43,280 nt of DNA from Myxococcales bacterium. Its GTDB lineage: Bacteria; Myxococcota; Myxococcia; Myxococcales; 40CM-4-68-19. Location of the stretch: the NCBI GenBank assembly GCA_045802765.1, contig JBJMQJ010000204.1, positions 1 through 43,280 on the forward strand, in the 5' to 3' direction. Within the stretch, counting starts at the first letter, position 1. Each line of letters starts with the position of its first letter. Below, piece by piece: positions 35,393-43,249 of this stretch. Under the pieces are notes generated by a model. It saw only the letters and a list, made by a program, of their open reading frames with translations. It was not told where the DNA came from and made no database searches. The translations under genes were made by a program, and so were the position numbers.

Positions 35393-35815
35393 TCACTTCT
35401 TCTTCACTTCGGCGACCGCCTTGCGCACCGCGCTCTTCGGCGCGTGCCCGCGCCGGCGCAACTCGCGGAACTCCTCCTCGAATTCCTTCAGCTCCGCTTC
35501 GCTCGCGTGCTCCAGGTCCGCGAAGACGTTCCGGGCCGAGCGCTGCGCGCGGATCAGCTCGTCCAGCTTGAGCTGGATCGCCTTGCCGTCCCGGTTCTGC
35601 GTCGCCTGGATGAGGAACACCATGAGGAAGGTGACGATGGTGGTGCCGGTGTTGATGACGAGCTGCCAGGAATCCGAGAAATGGAACAGCGGCCCCGTCA
35701 CCGCCCACGCGAGGACGACGCCGAGCGCGACGATGAACGCCCAATAGCTGCCGACCGCGTCCGAAACACGGCAGGCGAACTGCCTGAACCACCCGTCCGG
35801 GTGCTCCGTCACCAT
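35393..35815 (-). CDS. Low-affinity iron permease family (PF04120-like) small membrane protein
   Basis: An internal ATG at 35815 is used. SDSWQLVINTGTTIVTFLMVFLIQATQNRDGKAIQLKLDELIRA matches the family core. Confidence 0.75.
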   Translation of the reverse strand: MVTEHPDGWFRQFACRVSDAVGSYWAFIVALGVVLAWAVTGPLFHFSDSWQLVINTGTTIVTFLMVFLIQATQNRDGKAIQLKLDELIRAQRSARNVFADLEHASEAELKEFEEEFRELRRRGHAPKSAVRKAVAEVKKK

Positions 35816-35876
35816 TCGAACATGCGCCTTCTCACGGCAGGACGGTAGCGCCGCATCTGCCTTCGCCCCGCGGACG

Positions 35877-36236
35877 TCACTGCGCTCCGGCGCCCGCCTC
35901 GCGCCGCAGCAAGCGCCCGCCGTCGTCCACGTCGAAGCCGAGGTACCCGAGCACGTCGACGTGATGCTGGCGCAACCCGAGCAGATGCAATCCGGGCTGC
36001 GCCGATTGCGCGACGACGCCGAGCGCGTGGACGCGGAGGTCGTCCACCTGGCTGAAGTCGAGGATGACGTCGTTGCCGAGCTGATGGAGCGCGCCGCGCA
36101 GCTCCACGGCCTGCGCGAGATCGAAAGCGCCGCGCAGGCGGATGAGAGTGGCGCTCCCGAACTGCTCCCGCACCATCTGCAAGCATGGCATCCATGCAAA
36201 TTGACGACGCGGAGTCGGGCTGACAAGCCGCGACAT
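35877..36236 (-). CDS. STAS-domain (anti-sigma-factor-antagonist-like) protein
   Basis: IRLRGAFDLAQAVELRGAL...VILDFSQVDDLRVHALGVV...LHLLGLRQHHVDVLGYLGF follows the STAS pattern. No Ser occupies the usual phospho-site (DDLRVHALG versus DSSGLG). The start may be 36176 (MVREQ). Confidence 0.55.
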   Translation of the reverse strand: MSRLVSPTPRRQFAWMPCLQMVREQFGSATLIRLRGAFDLAQAVELRGALHQLGNDVILDFSQVDDLRVHALGVVAQSAQPGLHLLGLRQHHVDVLGYLGFDVDDGGRLLRREAGAGAQ

Positions 36237-36255
36237 CGCTTCGCGAGGACGGGAG

Positions 36256-36639
36256 CTACGGCTCGCCGCGCGCCGCCTTCCACACCGACTGCAGCAGCTC
36301 CTCGGGGAACACGGGCTTCAGCAGCACCTCCGCGGCGCCGAGCTCCCGCGCGGCCCGCAGCCGCGCGCCGACCGCGGAAACCGCGATCACCGGCGCGCGC
36401 GGAGCGGGGCGCGCCGCATGCCGGCGGATCAGCTCCAGGCCGTCGAGCACCGGCATCACCAGGTCGGTGATGACGACCTGCGGCCGGAGCTTGTCGATGA
36501 GCTCGAGGCCTTCGAGGCCGTCATGCGCGACCGCGACCTGCAAGCCTTCTTGCTCCAGCGCCGCCTGCGTGAGCTCGGCGAGGTCCGCATCGTCCTCCAC
36601 CAACACGACCAGGAGCTGCTCTCGGGTTCCGGTTTGCAT
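36256..36639 (-). CDS. Stand-alone response-regulator receiver protein
   Basis: An internal ATG at 36639 gives MQTGTREQLLVVLVEDD. The phospho-acceptor region is VVITDLVMP, with IAVSA and LLKP following. There is no output domain. Confidence 0.8.
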   Translation of the reverse strand: MQTGTREQLLVVLVEDDADLAELTQAALEQEGLQVAVAHDGLEGLELIDKLRPQVVITDLVMPVLDGLELIRRHAARPAPRAPVIAVSAVGARLRAARELGAAEVLLKPVFPEELLQSVWKAARGEP

Positions 36640-36742
36640 GACTCGTGGCGCAGGATGCCTGGCAAAGGTGACGCGCGAAGTTCCTGCAGACGCGCGTCCG
36701 GCCCTCGCACCGCTGACCGCTTGGCCGCCCGCCCGCCCTTCC

Positions 36743-36797
36743 TGCGACGCGTTGCGTTGTCGCACGAGGCGGGTAGTCTCGTCGCATCGGTGTCGCA
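36743..36797. promoter_or_regulatory. GTCGCA repeat cluster in the divergent receiver/gvp intergenic region
   Basis: An inverted pair TGCGAC (36743-36748) / GTCGCA (36759-36764) is followed by two direct GTCGCA copies at 36781 and 36792 (11-nt spacing). Confidence 0.3.
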
Positions 36798-36820
36798 TAC
36801 GTACACACTGGCCGTGAATT

Positions 36821-36834
36821 GTTCGCCAGCGAAC
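36821..36834. promoter_or_regulatory. Perfect dyad GTTCGC-CA-GCGAAC upstream of the gvpJ-like gene
   Basis: The 6-bp arms are exact reverse complements. The dyad lies about 80 nt upstream of the 36915 start, in a locally AT-richer patch. Confidence 0.3.
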
Positions 36835-36914
36835 ACAGACCGCCGCCAGGCCGGCACACGGGCGGGCGGCCCCTTGCGCGACCGGGCAGGGGTCGGTCTA
36901 CAACCTGTATTCCG

Positions 36915-37253
36915 ATGCCCACCGAGTTGCAGGTAGGAAGACACCAGGCAAGCGGTCTCGTGGACGTGCTCGACCGCGTACTCGACAAGGGGCTCGTCAT
37001 CGCCGGCGACATCAAGGTGTCGCTCGCCGAGGTCGAGCTCCTCACCGTGCGCATCCGCCTCATCGTCTGCTCGATCGACAAGGCGCAGGAGATCGGCCTC
37101 GACTGGTGGAAGTACGACCATCACCTCGCCCCGGGGCGCAACCGCGACCAGGCGGAGAACGAGGCCCTGCGCGAACAGGTCCGGCTACTCGAGCGGAAGC
37201 TCGAAACCCTCACCCGCCCTACCGCTATCCGGCGCAGCGCGCCGCGACGCTAA
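36915..37253 (+). CDS. Gas vesicle protein of the GvpA/J/M family (GvpJ-like, 112 aa)
   Basis: An internal ATG at 36915 is used. [43 protein letters not shown] is the GvpA/J core. A C-terminal coiled tail follows. Confidence 0.88.
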   Translation: MPTELQVGRHQASGLVDVLDRVLDKGLVIAGDIKVSLAEVELLTVRIRLIVCSIDKAQEIGLDWWKYDHHLAPGRNRDQAENEALREQVRLLERKLETLTRPTAIRRSAPRR

Positions 37254-37268
37254 CCTGGAGATTCGACC

Positions 37269-37580
37269 ATGCCCGTCGAAAGAGCATCTGGCGGATCCAG
37301 CCTGATCGACGTTCTCGATCGGGTCCTGGACAAAGGCATCGTGATCGACGCCTGGGTCCGCGTCTCGCTGGTCGGCATCGACCTCATCACCGTCGAGGCA
37401 CGCGTCGTGGTCGCGTCCATCGACACCTACCTCAAGTATTCCGAAGCCGTGGCGCAAACGACGACCGTCGGCTCGAGGGCGGTCGAGGCGCGCGCGCACG
37501 AAGCGGTTCTCGCCGAGAATGCGGCGCTCAAGGCGCAGCTTGCCGCGGGAAACCGGGCCAAGCGCCGGCGCACGGAGTAA
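37269..37580 (+). CDS. gvpA: Gas vesicle structural protein GvpA (103 aa, extended C-terminal tail)
   Basis: [52 protein letters not shown] is nearly identical to the canonical GvpA core. An RBS GGAGA lies 8 nt upstream. Confidence 0.95.
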   Translation: MPVERASGGSSLIDVLDRVLDKGIVIDAWVRVSLVGIDLITVEARVVVASIDTYLKYSEAVAQTTTVGSRAVEARAHEAVLAENAALKAQLAAGNRAKRRRTE

Positions 37581-37586
37581 AGGGCA

Positions 37587-39731
37587 TTGGCGCGCCCGGC
37601 ACCGGCGTCCGCGACCACCCGGCCGACGGAGTCGACCGCGCTGGCGCGCCTTGCTCTCGCCGAGATCCTCCTCGCGAGCGACGACGCCGGCGAGTGCGCG
37701 CAGCGCGCCGTGGATTGGCTGGCGCAGAACGGCGGCGCCAGGGCGGCGGTCTGCGCGCTGGTCGACCCGGAGACGGACGAGCTGCGCGCGCTGGCCGGCT
37801 TTGGCGTCACACCCGCGCAACTGAAGCGGTTCTCCGTGCACCGCGACGAGGAAGCGCACCCGTTGTCCCTCGCGCTGTCCCGCTCCGCGCCGATCGTCTT
37901 CCAGACTGGGAAGGCGCGCGGGGCGCCGTCCCTGGGACCCGGGGCATTCGTCGCGGTGCCGCTGCCCATCGGCGAGCGTCCCGAAGCGCGGGTGGGGATC
38001 CTGCTGGCGGGCCCGCCCTCCACGGCCCTCGAGCGCGAGGCGCGCTGGCTCGCCGATGCGCTGGGGCAGAAGCTCGTCCATCTGCGGACGATGCGCCGCG
38101 TCGTCGAGTCCGAGCAACGCCTGCAGCGCGAGCGGGAGTTCCTGCTCAGCGTCGTCAACTCGGTGCCCGACCCGGTGCTGCTCACCGACACCGAAGGCCG
38201 CATCATCATCTCCAACACCCGCGCCGACGCGCTCTTCGTCGCGCGCGAGGAGCAGAGCGAGGGCCGCCAGCGCGCGGTCACCTTGAACAACATGCTCTTC
38301 TCGGCCGCGCTCTCGCGGCAGGCCATCGACGAGCCGGAGGCGGCCCGGCGCGAGCTCTTGCTGGTGAACCCGACCGAGGGCAGCGACCTGCTCTTCGAGC
38401 TGCTCTCCACGACCGTGCAGCACCCGCGCGAGGGCACCGGCTTCGTCTCCATCTTGCGCAACGTCACCGACCTGCGCGCCGCCACCGAGCAGATCGAGGA
38501 GAACTACCGCAAGCTGCGCATTGCCGAGGCGGACGTGCGCGCCGAGCGCGACCGGCTGGACCTGATCATCGACTCGGTGGCCGATCCGATCCTGGTGACC
38601 GACCCGTCGGGCAAGATCCTCTTGATGAATGCTCCGGCGGAGCGCCTCTTCACCGCCCCGGAGGGCGAGGGCGACGAGATGCAGCGCGCGGTGCGCACCA
38701 ACGACGCGCACTTCTCCTCGTTCGTCTCCAACGTCTTCCTCTCGGGCGGGGCGTCGCGCTTCCGGGGAGAGATCAGCCTCGCCGACCCCCACGCCGGCAG
38801 GCCGCTGCCGGTCGAGGCGATCAGCGGCAAGGTGCTGAGCGAGCACGGCGAGGTCACCGCGGTGGTGACCATCCTGCACGACCGCACCGAGGCGCTGGAC
38901 AAGGCGCGCCTCTACGAGCAGCTCGAGCGCGCGTCGAAGGAGCTGCAGGAGAAGGTGCGCGAGGCGACCGGCGAGCTGGTCCGGCGCAACGAGCTGCTGC
39001 AGCGGCAAGCGATCGAGCTGGAGCAGGCCTCCCAGCTCAAGTCGCAGTTCCTCGCCAACATGTCGCACGAGTTCCGCACGCCCTTGAACGCGATCCTCGG
39101 CTACACCAGCATGCTGCTGCAGGGCGTGAACGGCGAGATGACGCCGCCGCAGAAAAAGAACCTCGGCCGCGTCGATTCGAACGCCAAGCACCTCTTGAAC
39201 ATCATCAACGACCTGCTCGACATCAGCCGGATCGAGGCCGGCAAGATGCCGCTGCACCTCGAGCAGTTCGAGCTTGCCACGCTGCTCGGCGAGCTGCTGG
39301 CCGAGGTGGAACCGCTCATCCAGAAGGCGCACCTCTCCGCGACGACCGAGCTGGCGGGCGACCTGCCGGCCGTGCACGGCGACCGCCAGAAGGTCAAGCA
39401 GATCGCGCTCAACCTCCTCACCAACGCCATCAAGTTCACCCCGCAGGGTGCGATCCGGGTGAGCGCCGGTTACGATGCCGCGCGGGACGAGATTTCGCTC
39501 GCCGTGAAGGACACGGGGATCGGCATCGCGGAGAAGGACCAGCAGAAGATCTTCGACGATTTCCGGCAGGCCGACGACTCCGTCACGCGCCAGTACGGCG
39601 GCGCGGGGCTGGGGCTTTCCATCTGCCGGCGACTGGCGAACATGCTGGCGGGCCGCATCACCGTGGAGAGCAAGCTCGGCGCGGGGTCCATCTTCACCCT
39701 GCACGTACCCCGGCAAGGGAGGAGGCCATGA
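37587..39731 (+). CDS. Cytoplasmic sensor histidine kinase (GAF-like N-terminus, two PAS-like modules, HisKA, HATPase_c)
   Basis: The start is TTG at 37587. The H-box is SHEFRTPLNAILGY, the N-box is LLTNAIKFT, and the G-boxes are DTGIGI and GGAGLGLSI. PAS-like repeats are LLSVVNSVPDPVLLTDTEGRIIISN and LDLIIDSVADPILVTDPSGKILLMN. No TM segments were seen. Confidence 0.9.
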   Translation: MARPAPASATTRPTESTALARLALAEILLASDDAGECAQRAVDWLAQNGGARAAVCALVDPETDELRALAGFGVTPAQLKRFSVHRDEEAHPLSLALSRSAPIVFQTGKARGAPSLGPGAFVAVPLPIGERPEARVGILLAGPPSTALEREARWLADALGQKLVHLRTMRRVVESEQRLQREREFLLSVVNSVPDPVLLTDTEGRIIISNTRADALFVAREEQSEGRQRAVTLNNMLFSAALSRQAIDEPEAARRELLLVNPTEGSDLLFELLSTTVQHPREGTGFVSILRNVTDLRAATEQIEENYRKLRIAEADVRAERDRLDLIIDSVADPILVTDPSGKILLMNAPAERLFTAPEGEGDEMQRAVRTNDAHFSSFVSNVFLSGGASRFRGEISLADPHAGRPLPVEAISGKVLSEHGEVTAVVTILHDRTEALDKARLYEQLERASKELQEKVREATGELVRRNELLQRQAIELEQASQLKSQFLANMSHEFRTPLNAILGYTSMLLQGVNGEMTPPQKKNLGRVDSNAKHLLNIINDLLDISRIEAGKMPLHLEQFELATLLGELLAEVEPLIQKAHLSATTELAGDLPAVHGDRQKVKQIALNLLTNAIKFTPQGAIRVSAGYDAARDEISLAVKDTGIGIAEKDQQKIFDDFRQADDSVTRQYGGAGLGLSICRRLANMLAGRITVESKLGAGSIFTLHVPRQGRRP

Positions 39732-40132
39732 CCCGAGAGCCGCTCGTCCTGGTCGTCGACGACTTCCAGGACAACCGGGAGATGTACGCCGAGTACCTCG
39801 CCTTCTCCGGGTTCCGCGTCATCCAGGCGGCCAACGGGAAGGAGGCGCTCGACCAGGCCTTCGCCAACCGGCCAGACATCATCATCATGGATCTCTCGCT
39901 TCCCGTCATGGACGGCTGGGAAGCGACGCGCAGGCTCAAGGCCGATCAGCGCACCAACGCAATCCCCGTGGTCGCCCTGACCGGACACGCCATGCACGGA
40001 CATTCGAAGGGCGCCATGGAGGCGGGCTGCGATTCGTTCGTCGCCAAGCCGTGCCTTCCCGACCAGTTGGTCGCCGAGATCCGCAAGATGCTCTCTTCAT
40101 CACGGATGAACGCGGCGAAGGCGGAGGGGTAG
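39728..40132 (+). CDS. Stand-alone response-regulator receiver protein
   Basis: An ATGA overlap joins it to the kinase stop. It has LVLVVDDFQDNREMY, IIIMDLSLPVMDG, VVALTGHA and VAKP. There is no output domain. Confidence 0.9.
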   Translation: MTREPLVLVVDDFQDNREMYAEYLAFSGFRVIQAANGKEALDQAFANRPDIIIMDLSLPVMDGWEATRRLKADQRTNAIPVVALTGHAMHGHSKGAMEAGCDSFVAKPCLPDQLVAEIRKMLSSSRMNAAKAEG

Positions 40133-40133
40133 G

Positions 40134-41021
40134 ATGCCGGAAGCGCAGAAGAAGAAGCGCGGGGCCAAGGCGTCACCCCGCGTGCGCTCGAAGGAGGGCG
40201 CCGGAGCGCGCGCGCTGGCGCCCGAGGTGCCCTCGGACACCGGAACGAAGACCGAAAACGGCGGGCGCGGCAAGTACGTCTACTGCATCATCCAGAGCGG
40301 CGAGGCGTTGCGCTTCGGTCCGCTCGGGATCGGCTCGGATCCGGCCGACGTGCACACGGTCAACTACAAGGACATCGCCGCGGTGGTGTCCGACACTCCC
40401 ATCGAGGTGCACGATCCCACCCGGGAGAACGTGCTCGCCCACGAGCGCGTCAACGAGACGGTGATGCGCAAGTACACCGTCATCCCCATGTCGTTCGGGA
40501 CCGTCTTCAAGACGCACGACGACATCGTCGAGCTCTTGCGCTCCGCGTACGACGCGTTCCACGACGTGCTGGTGAAGATGCAGGACAAGCTGGAGTTCGG
40601 CCTCAAGGTCCTCTGGGACCGCGACGTGATGATCCGCGAGATCGAGCGCGCCGACGAGGACATCCGCAACTTGAAGACCCAGATCGGAGCGCAGAAGGGG
40701 TCCACCTACTTCGCGCGCATGCAGTACGGGCGCCTGGTCGACGCGGCGCTGCAGTCGATGTCCGAGAAGTACGTGGCCGAGATCTTCGAGGCGCTGCGCG
40801 ACGTGGCGGTCGCCTCCCGGGCCAACAAGCCCATCGGCGACAAGATGATCATGAACGCGGCGTTCCTCGTGTCGCGCGACAAGGAGCTGTCGTTCGACCA
40901 CCGCGTCAAGCAGATCGGCGCCAAGCACGACAAGCTGACCTTCAAGTACACGGGGCCGTGGCCGCCGTACAACTTCGTCAACATCCGGCTGAAGCTGGAG
41001 CGCGCCAAGGAAGGAAAGTGA
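40134..41021 (+). CDS. Gas vesicle protein GvpF/GvpL family (295 aa)
   Basis: It has YVYCII...FGPLGIG, IAAVVSD, HERVNETVM and YTGPWPPYNF. This N-terminal and C-terminal pattern is typical of GvpL_GvpF. It has a basic N-terminal tail. Confidence 0.88.
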   Translation: MPEAQKKKRGAKASPRVRSKEGAGARALAPEVPSDTGTKTENGGRGKYVYCIIQSGEALRFGPLGIGSDPADVHTVNYKDIAAVVSDTPIEVHDPTRENVLAHERVNETVMRKYTVIPMSFGTVFKTHDDIVELLRSAYDAFHDVLVKMQDKLEFGLKVLWDRDVMIREIERADEDIRNLKTQIGAQKGSTYFARMQYGRLVDAALQSMSEKYVAEIFEALRDVAVASRANKPIGDKMIMNAAFLVSRDKELSFDHRVKQIGAKHDKLTFKYTGPWPPYNFVNIRLKLERAKEGK

Positions 41022-41305
41022 TCGTCCTCGACCGCATGCTGGTGGGCGGCATCAAGTTCGTCCTCGGCAAGATCGCCGCGGCCGCCGACTCCGAGCTGAA
41101 CGACGACTCGCGGCTGCGCGAGGAGCTGCTGGCGGCGCAGATGCGGCTCGAGCTGGGCGAGATCGACGAAGAGGGGTTCCGCGCGCTCGAGGCGGACCTG
41201 CTCGCCCGGTTGCGCGCAATCCGCGAGCGCCAGCGCGGCGAGGCGCTCGATCCCGGCGAGATGAAGGTGACCGGCGTCGAGGCCACGATCCACGGCGAGG
41301 AGTGA
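41018..41305 (+). CDS. gvpG: Gas vesicle protein GvpG (95 aa)
   Basis: A GTG at 41018 overlaps the gvpF/L stop (GTGA). VIVLDRMLVGGIKFVLGKIA...LREELLAAQMRLELGEIDEEGFRALEADLLARL matches the GvpG pattern seen in haloarchaeal GvpG. Confidence 0.8.
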   Translation: MIVLDRMLVGGIKFVLGKIAAAADSELNDDSRLREELLAAQMRLELGEIDEEGFRALEADLLARLRAIRERQRGEALDPGEMKVTGVEATIHGEE

Positions 41306-41383
41306 GGAGAGCGGCTTGCGGCGTGCGGCTCGCGGCTTGCGGTCGTCTGGGTCGGTTGCGGGCCTGCGCTGACGGGGAAGACC

Positions 41384-43249
41384 GTGGTCTTCTCCTTTTT
41401 CGCCGGCAAGGGTGGAGTCGGGAAGACGACCTGCGCCGCGGCGCACGCGCTTGCGCTCGCAGCGCGCGGCCGTCGGGTCCTGGCGGTGTCCACCGATCCC
41501 GCCCATTCGCTGGGAGACGCGCTGGGAGAGCGGCTCTCCGCGCGGCCCCGGCGAGTGTCTCGAGGCTTGTTCGCGGTGGAGCTGGACGCCGACCGCGCGC
41601 TCTCGCGCTGGTTCCAGAAGCGGGAGCGCTCCTTCCGGGTGCTCGCCTCGCGGGGGACGTACCTCGACGACGAGGACGTCGATCAGCTCCTCTCGCAGTC
41701 GCTGCCCGGCGTCGACGAGCTGATCGGCCTTTTGGAGCTCACCCGCCTAGCGGCCGCCGGCGAGTACGACCTCGTGGTGGTCGACACCGCGCCGACCGGG
41801 CATACGCTGCGGCTGCTCGCGATGCCCGATACGCTGGGCCGGCTCGCGCGCGTGCTGGGCGATCTGCAGCAGAAGCACCGCTGGATGTCGCAATCGCTGC
41901 GCGGGCGGTACGTGCCCGATTCGAGCGATGCCGTCATCGCCGAGATCGAGCGGCAAGCGGAAGATCTCCGCGCGCTGCTGCGCGATCGGGACCGGTGCGC
42001 GTTCCACTGGGTGATGCTGGCGGAGGAGCTGGCGCTCCGGGAGGCGGTGGACGGCGTCGCGGGGCTTGCGCGGCTCGGCGCGCACCTGGGCGAGCTGGTC
42101 GTGAACCGCGTGACCCCCGCACCGCGCTCGGCCTGCGCTCTGTGCGCCGGCCGGCGCGCGGAGGAGGCGCGCATCCTGCGTGCGGCTCGGGCGGCATTCC
42201 CCGGAGTGCCGCTGCGCCTCGTGCCCACGGCCGACGAGGAGCCGCGGGGACTTGCGGCCTTGCGGCGGCTCTCCTCCGCACGGCCGCGGCCGCCGCGGCC
42301 AGGACGGACATGGCCGTGGCCCACCCGCGGTACGGCCTGGGCCGCCCCGGACGGAGTGCGGCTGCTGCTGTTCGGCGGCAAGGGCGGGGTAGGGAAGACG
42401 ACCTGCGCGGCGGCGTGCGCGCTGCACCTCGCGCGGAGGGGAAAGCGCGTGCTCGTCCTCTCCACCGACCCCGCGCATTCGCTGGGCGACGTCCTCGGCC
42501 GTTCGCTCTCCGACGAGCCGCGGGAGGTCGCGGCGCGGCTCGTCGCGCGCGAGCTGGATGCAGACGGGGCGTTCGCTTCGCGCCGCGAGCAGTACCGCCG
42601 CAGCGTCGACGAGCTGTTCGACGCGCTCCGCGGCGGGGCGCGCTTCGACGCGACCTTCGATCGGCAGGTGGTGCAGGACCTGATCGAGCTCGCGCCGCCA
42701 GGGATCGACGAGCTGTTCGCGCTCTTCGCGGTGATCGAGGCGCTCCAGGACGGGTTCGACCGGGTCGTCGTCGACACCGCCCCGACGGGGCATGCGCTGC
42801 GCCTGCTGGAGATGCCGGAAAAGGCGCTCGGCTGGATCCACGCCCTGCTCGCCATTCTCCTCAAGTACCGCCGCGTGATCGGCCTCGGCGACCTCGCGCG
42901 GACCCTCACGACCACCGCTCGCGAGCTGCGCGAGCTGCAGGACTTGATCCGCGACCCGGCGCGGGCATTGTTCGTCCCGGTCACGCGCGCCGCCGCCCTC
43001 CCGCGCATGGAGACCGAGCGCCTCCTGCGCGCGCTGCGGCGGCTCGGCATCCCCACCGGACCGGTGCTGGTCAACGCGCTCACGCCGCCGGGGTGCGCCC
43101 GCTGCGGTCGAGCGGCCGCCGCCGAGACGAGGGAGGTCGAGGCGATCCGCAGGCGGACCCCTGCTATGCTGGCCGCCCCGGCCGTGACGCCTCCTCCGCG
43201 AGGACCGCGGCAGCTCCTGGCGTTCGGCCGGACCTGGGCCTCTCGATGA
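41384..43249 (+). CDS. Fused tandem ArsA/Get3-family ATPase (two complete halves, 621 aa)
   Basis: A deviant Walker A GKGGVGKTT occurs at aa 8-16 and 332-340. STDPAHSLGD occurs at aa 36-45 and 360-369. DTAPTGH(T/A)LRLL occurs at aa 134-145 and 464-475. CxxC occurs at aa 251-254 (nt 42134-42145) and aa 571-574 (nt 43094-43105). Confidence 0.88.
   Translation: MVFSFFAGKGGVGKTTCAAAHALALAARGRRVLAVSTDPAHSLGDALGERLSARPRRVSRGLFAVELDADRALSRWFQKRERSFRVLASRGTYLDDEDVDQLLSQSLPGVDELIGLLELTRLAAAGEYDLVVVDTAPTGHTLRLLAMPDTLGRLARVLGDLQQKHRWMSQSLRGRYVPDSSDAVIAEIERQAEDLRALLRDRDRCAFHWVMLAEELALREAVDGVAGLARLGAHLGELVVNRVTPAPRSACALCAGRRAEEARILRAARAAFPGVPLRLVPTADEEPRGLAALRRLSSARPRPPRPGRTWPWPTRGTAWAAPDGVRLLLFGGKGGVGKTTCAAACALHLARRGKRVLVLSTDPAHSLGDVLGRSLSDEPREVAARLVARELDADGAFASRREQYRRSVDELFDALRGGARFDATFDRQVVQDLIELAPPGIDELFALFAVIEALQDGFDRVVVDTAPTGHALRLLEMPEKALGWIHALLAILLKYRRVIGLGDLARTLTTTARELRELQDLIRDPARALFVPVTRAAALPRMETERLLRALRRLGIPTGPVLVNALTPPGCARCGRAAAAETREVEAIRRRTPAMLAAPAVTPPPRGPRQLLAFGRTWASR

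Noticed and set aside
36656-36672. A sigma-54-like element CTGGCAAAGGTGACGC (GG-N10-GC spacing) upstream of the gvp genes.
   Set aside because: The -12 region is ACGC rather than TTGC. It lies about 250 nt from the first gvp start, and no enhancer-binding protein is encoded nearby. The match is too weak to call.
41311-41342. The direct repeat GCGGCTTGCGG ... GCGGCTCGCGGCTTGCGG between gvpG and the ATPase gene.
   Set aside because: It is short, GC-rich and low in complexity, with no dyad symmetry or hairpin. In 70% GC DNA it could arise by chance. I noted it only as a possible spacer or RBS-region feature.
37185-43083. Long minus-strand ORFs (37185..39716, 40173..40928, 40706..41506, 41683..43083, 41747..42841) opposite the gvp, kinase and ATPase genes.
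   Set aside because: They are antisense to genes with clear family motifs. Their translations are Arg/Ala/Gly/Pro-rich with no motifs. These are high-GC artefacts.
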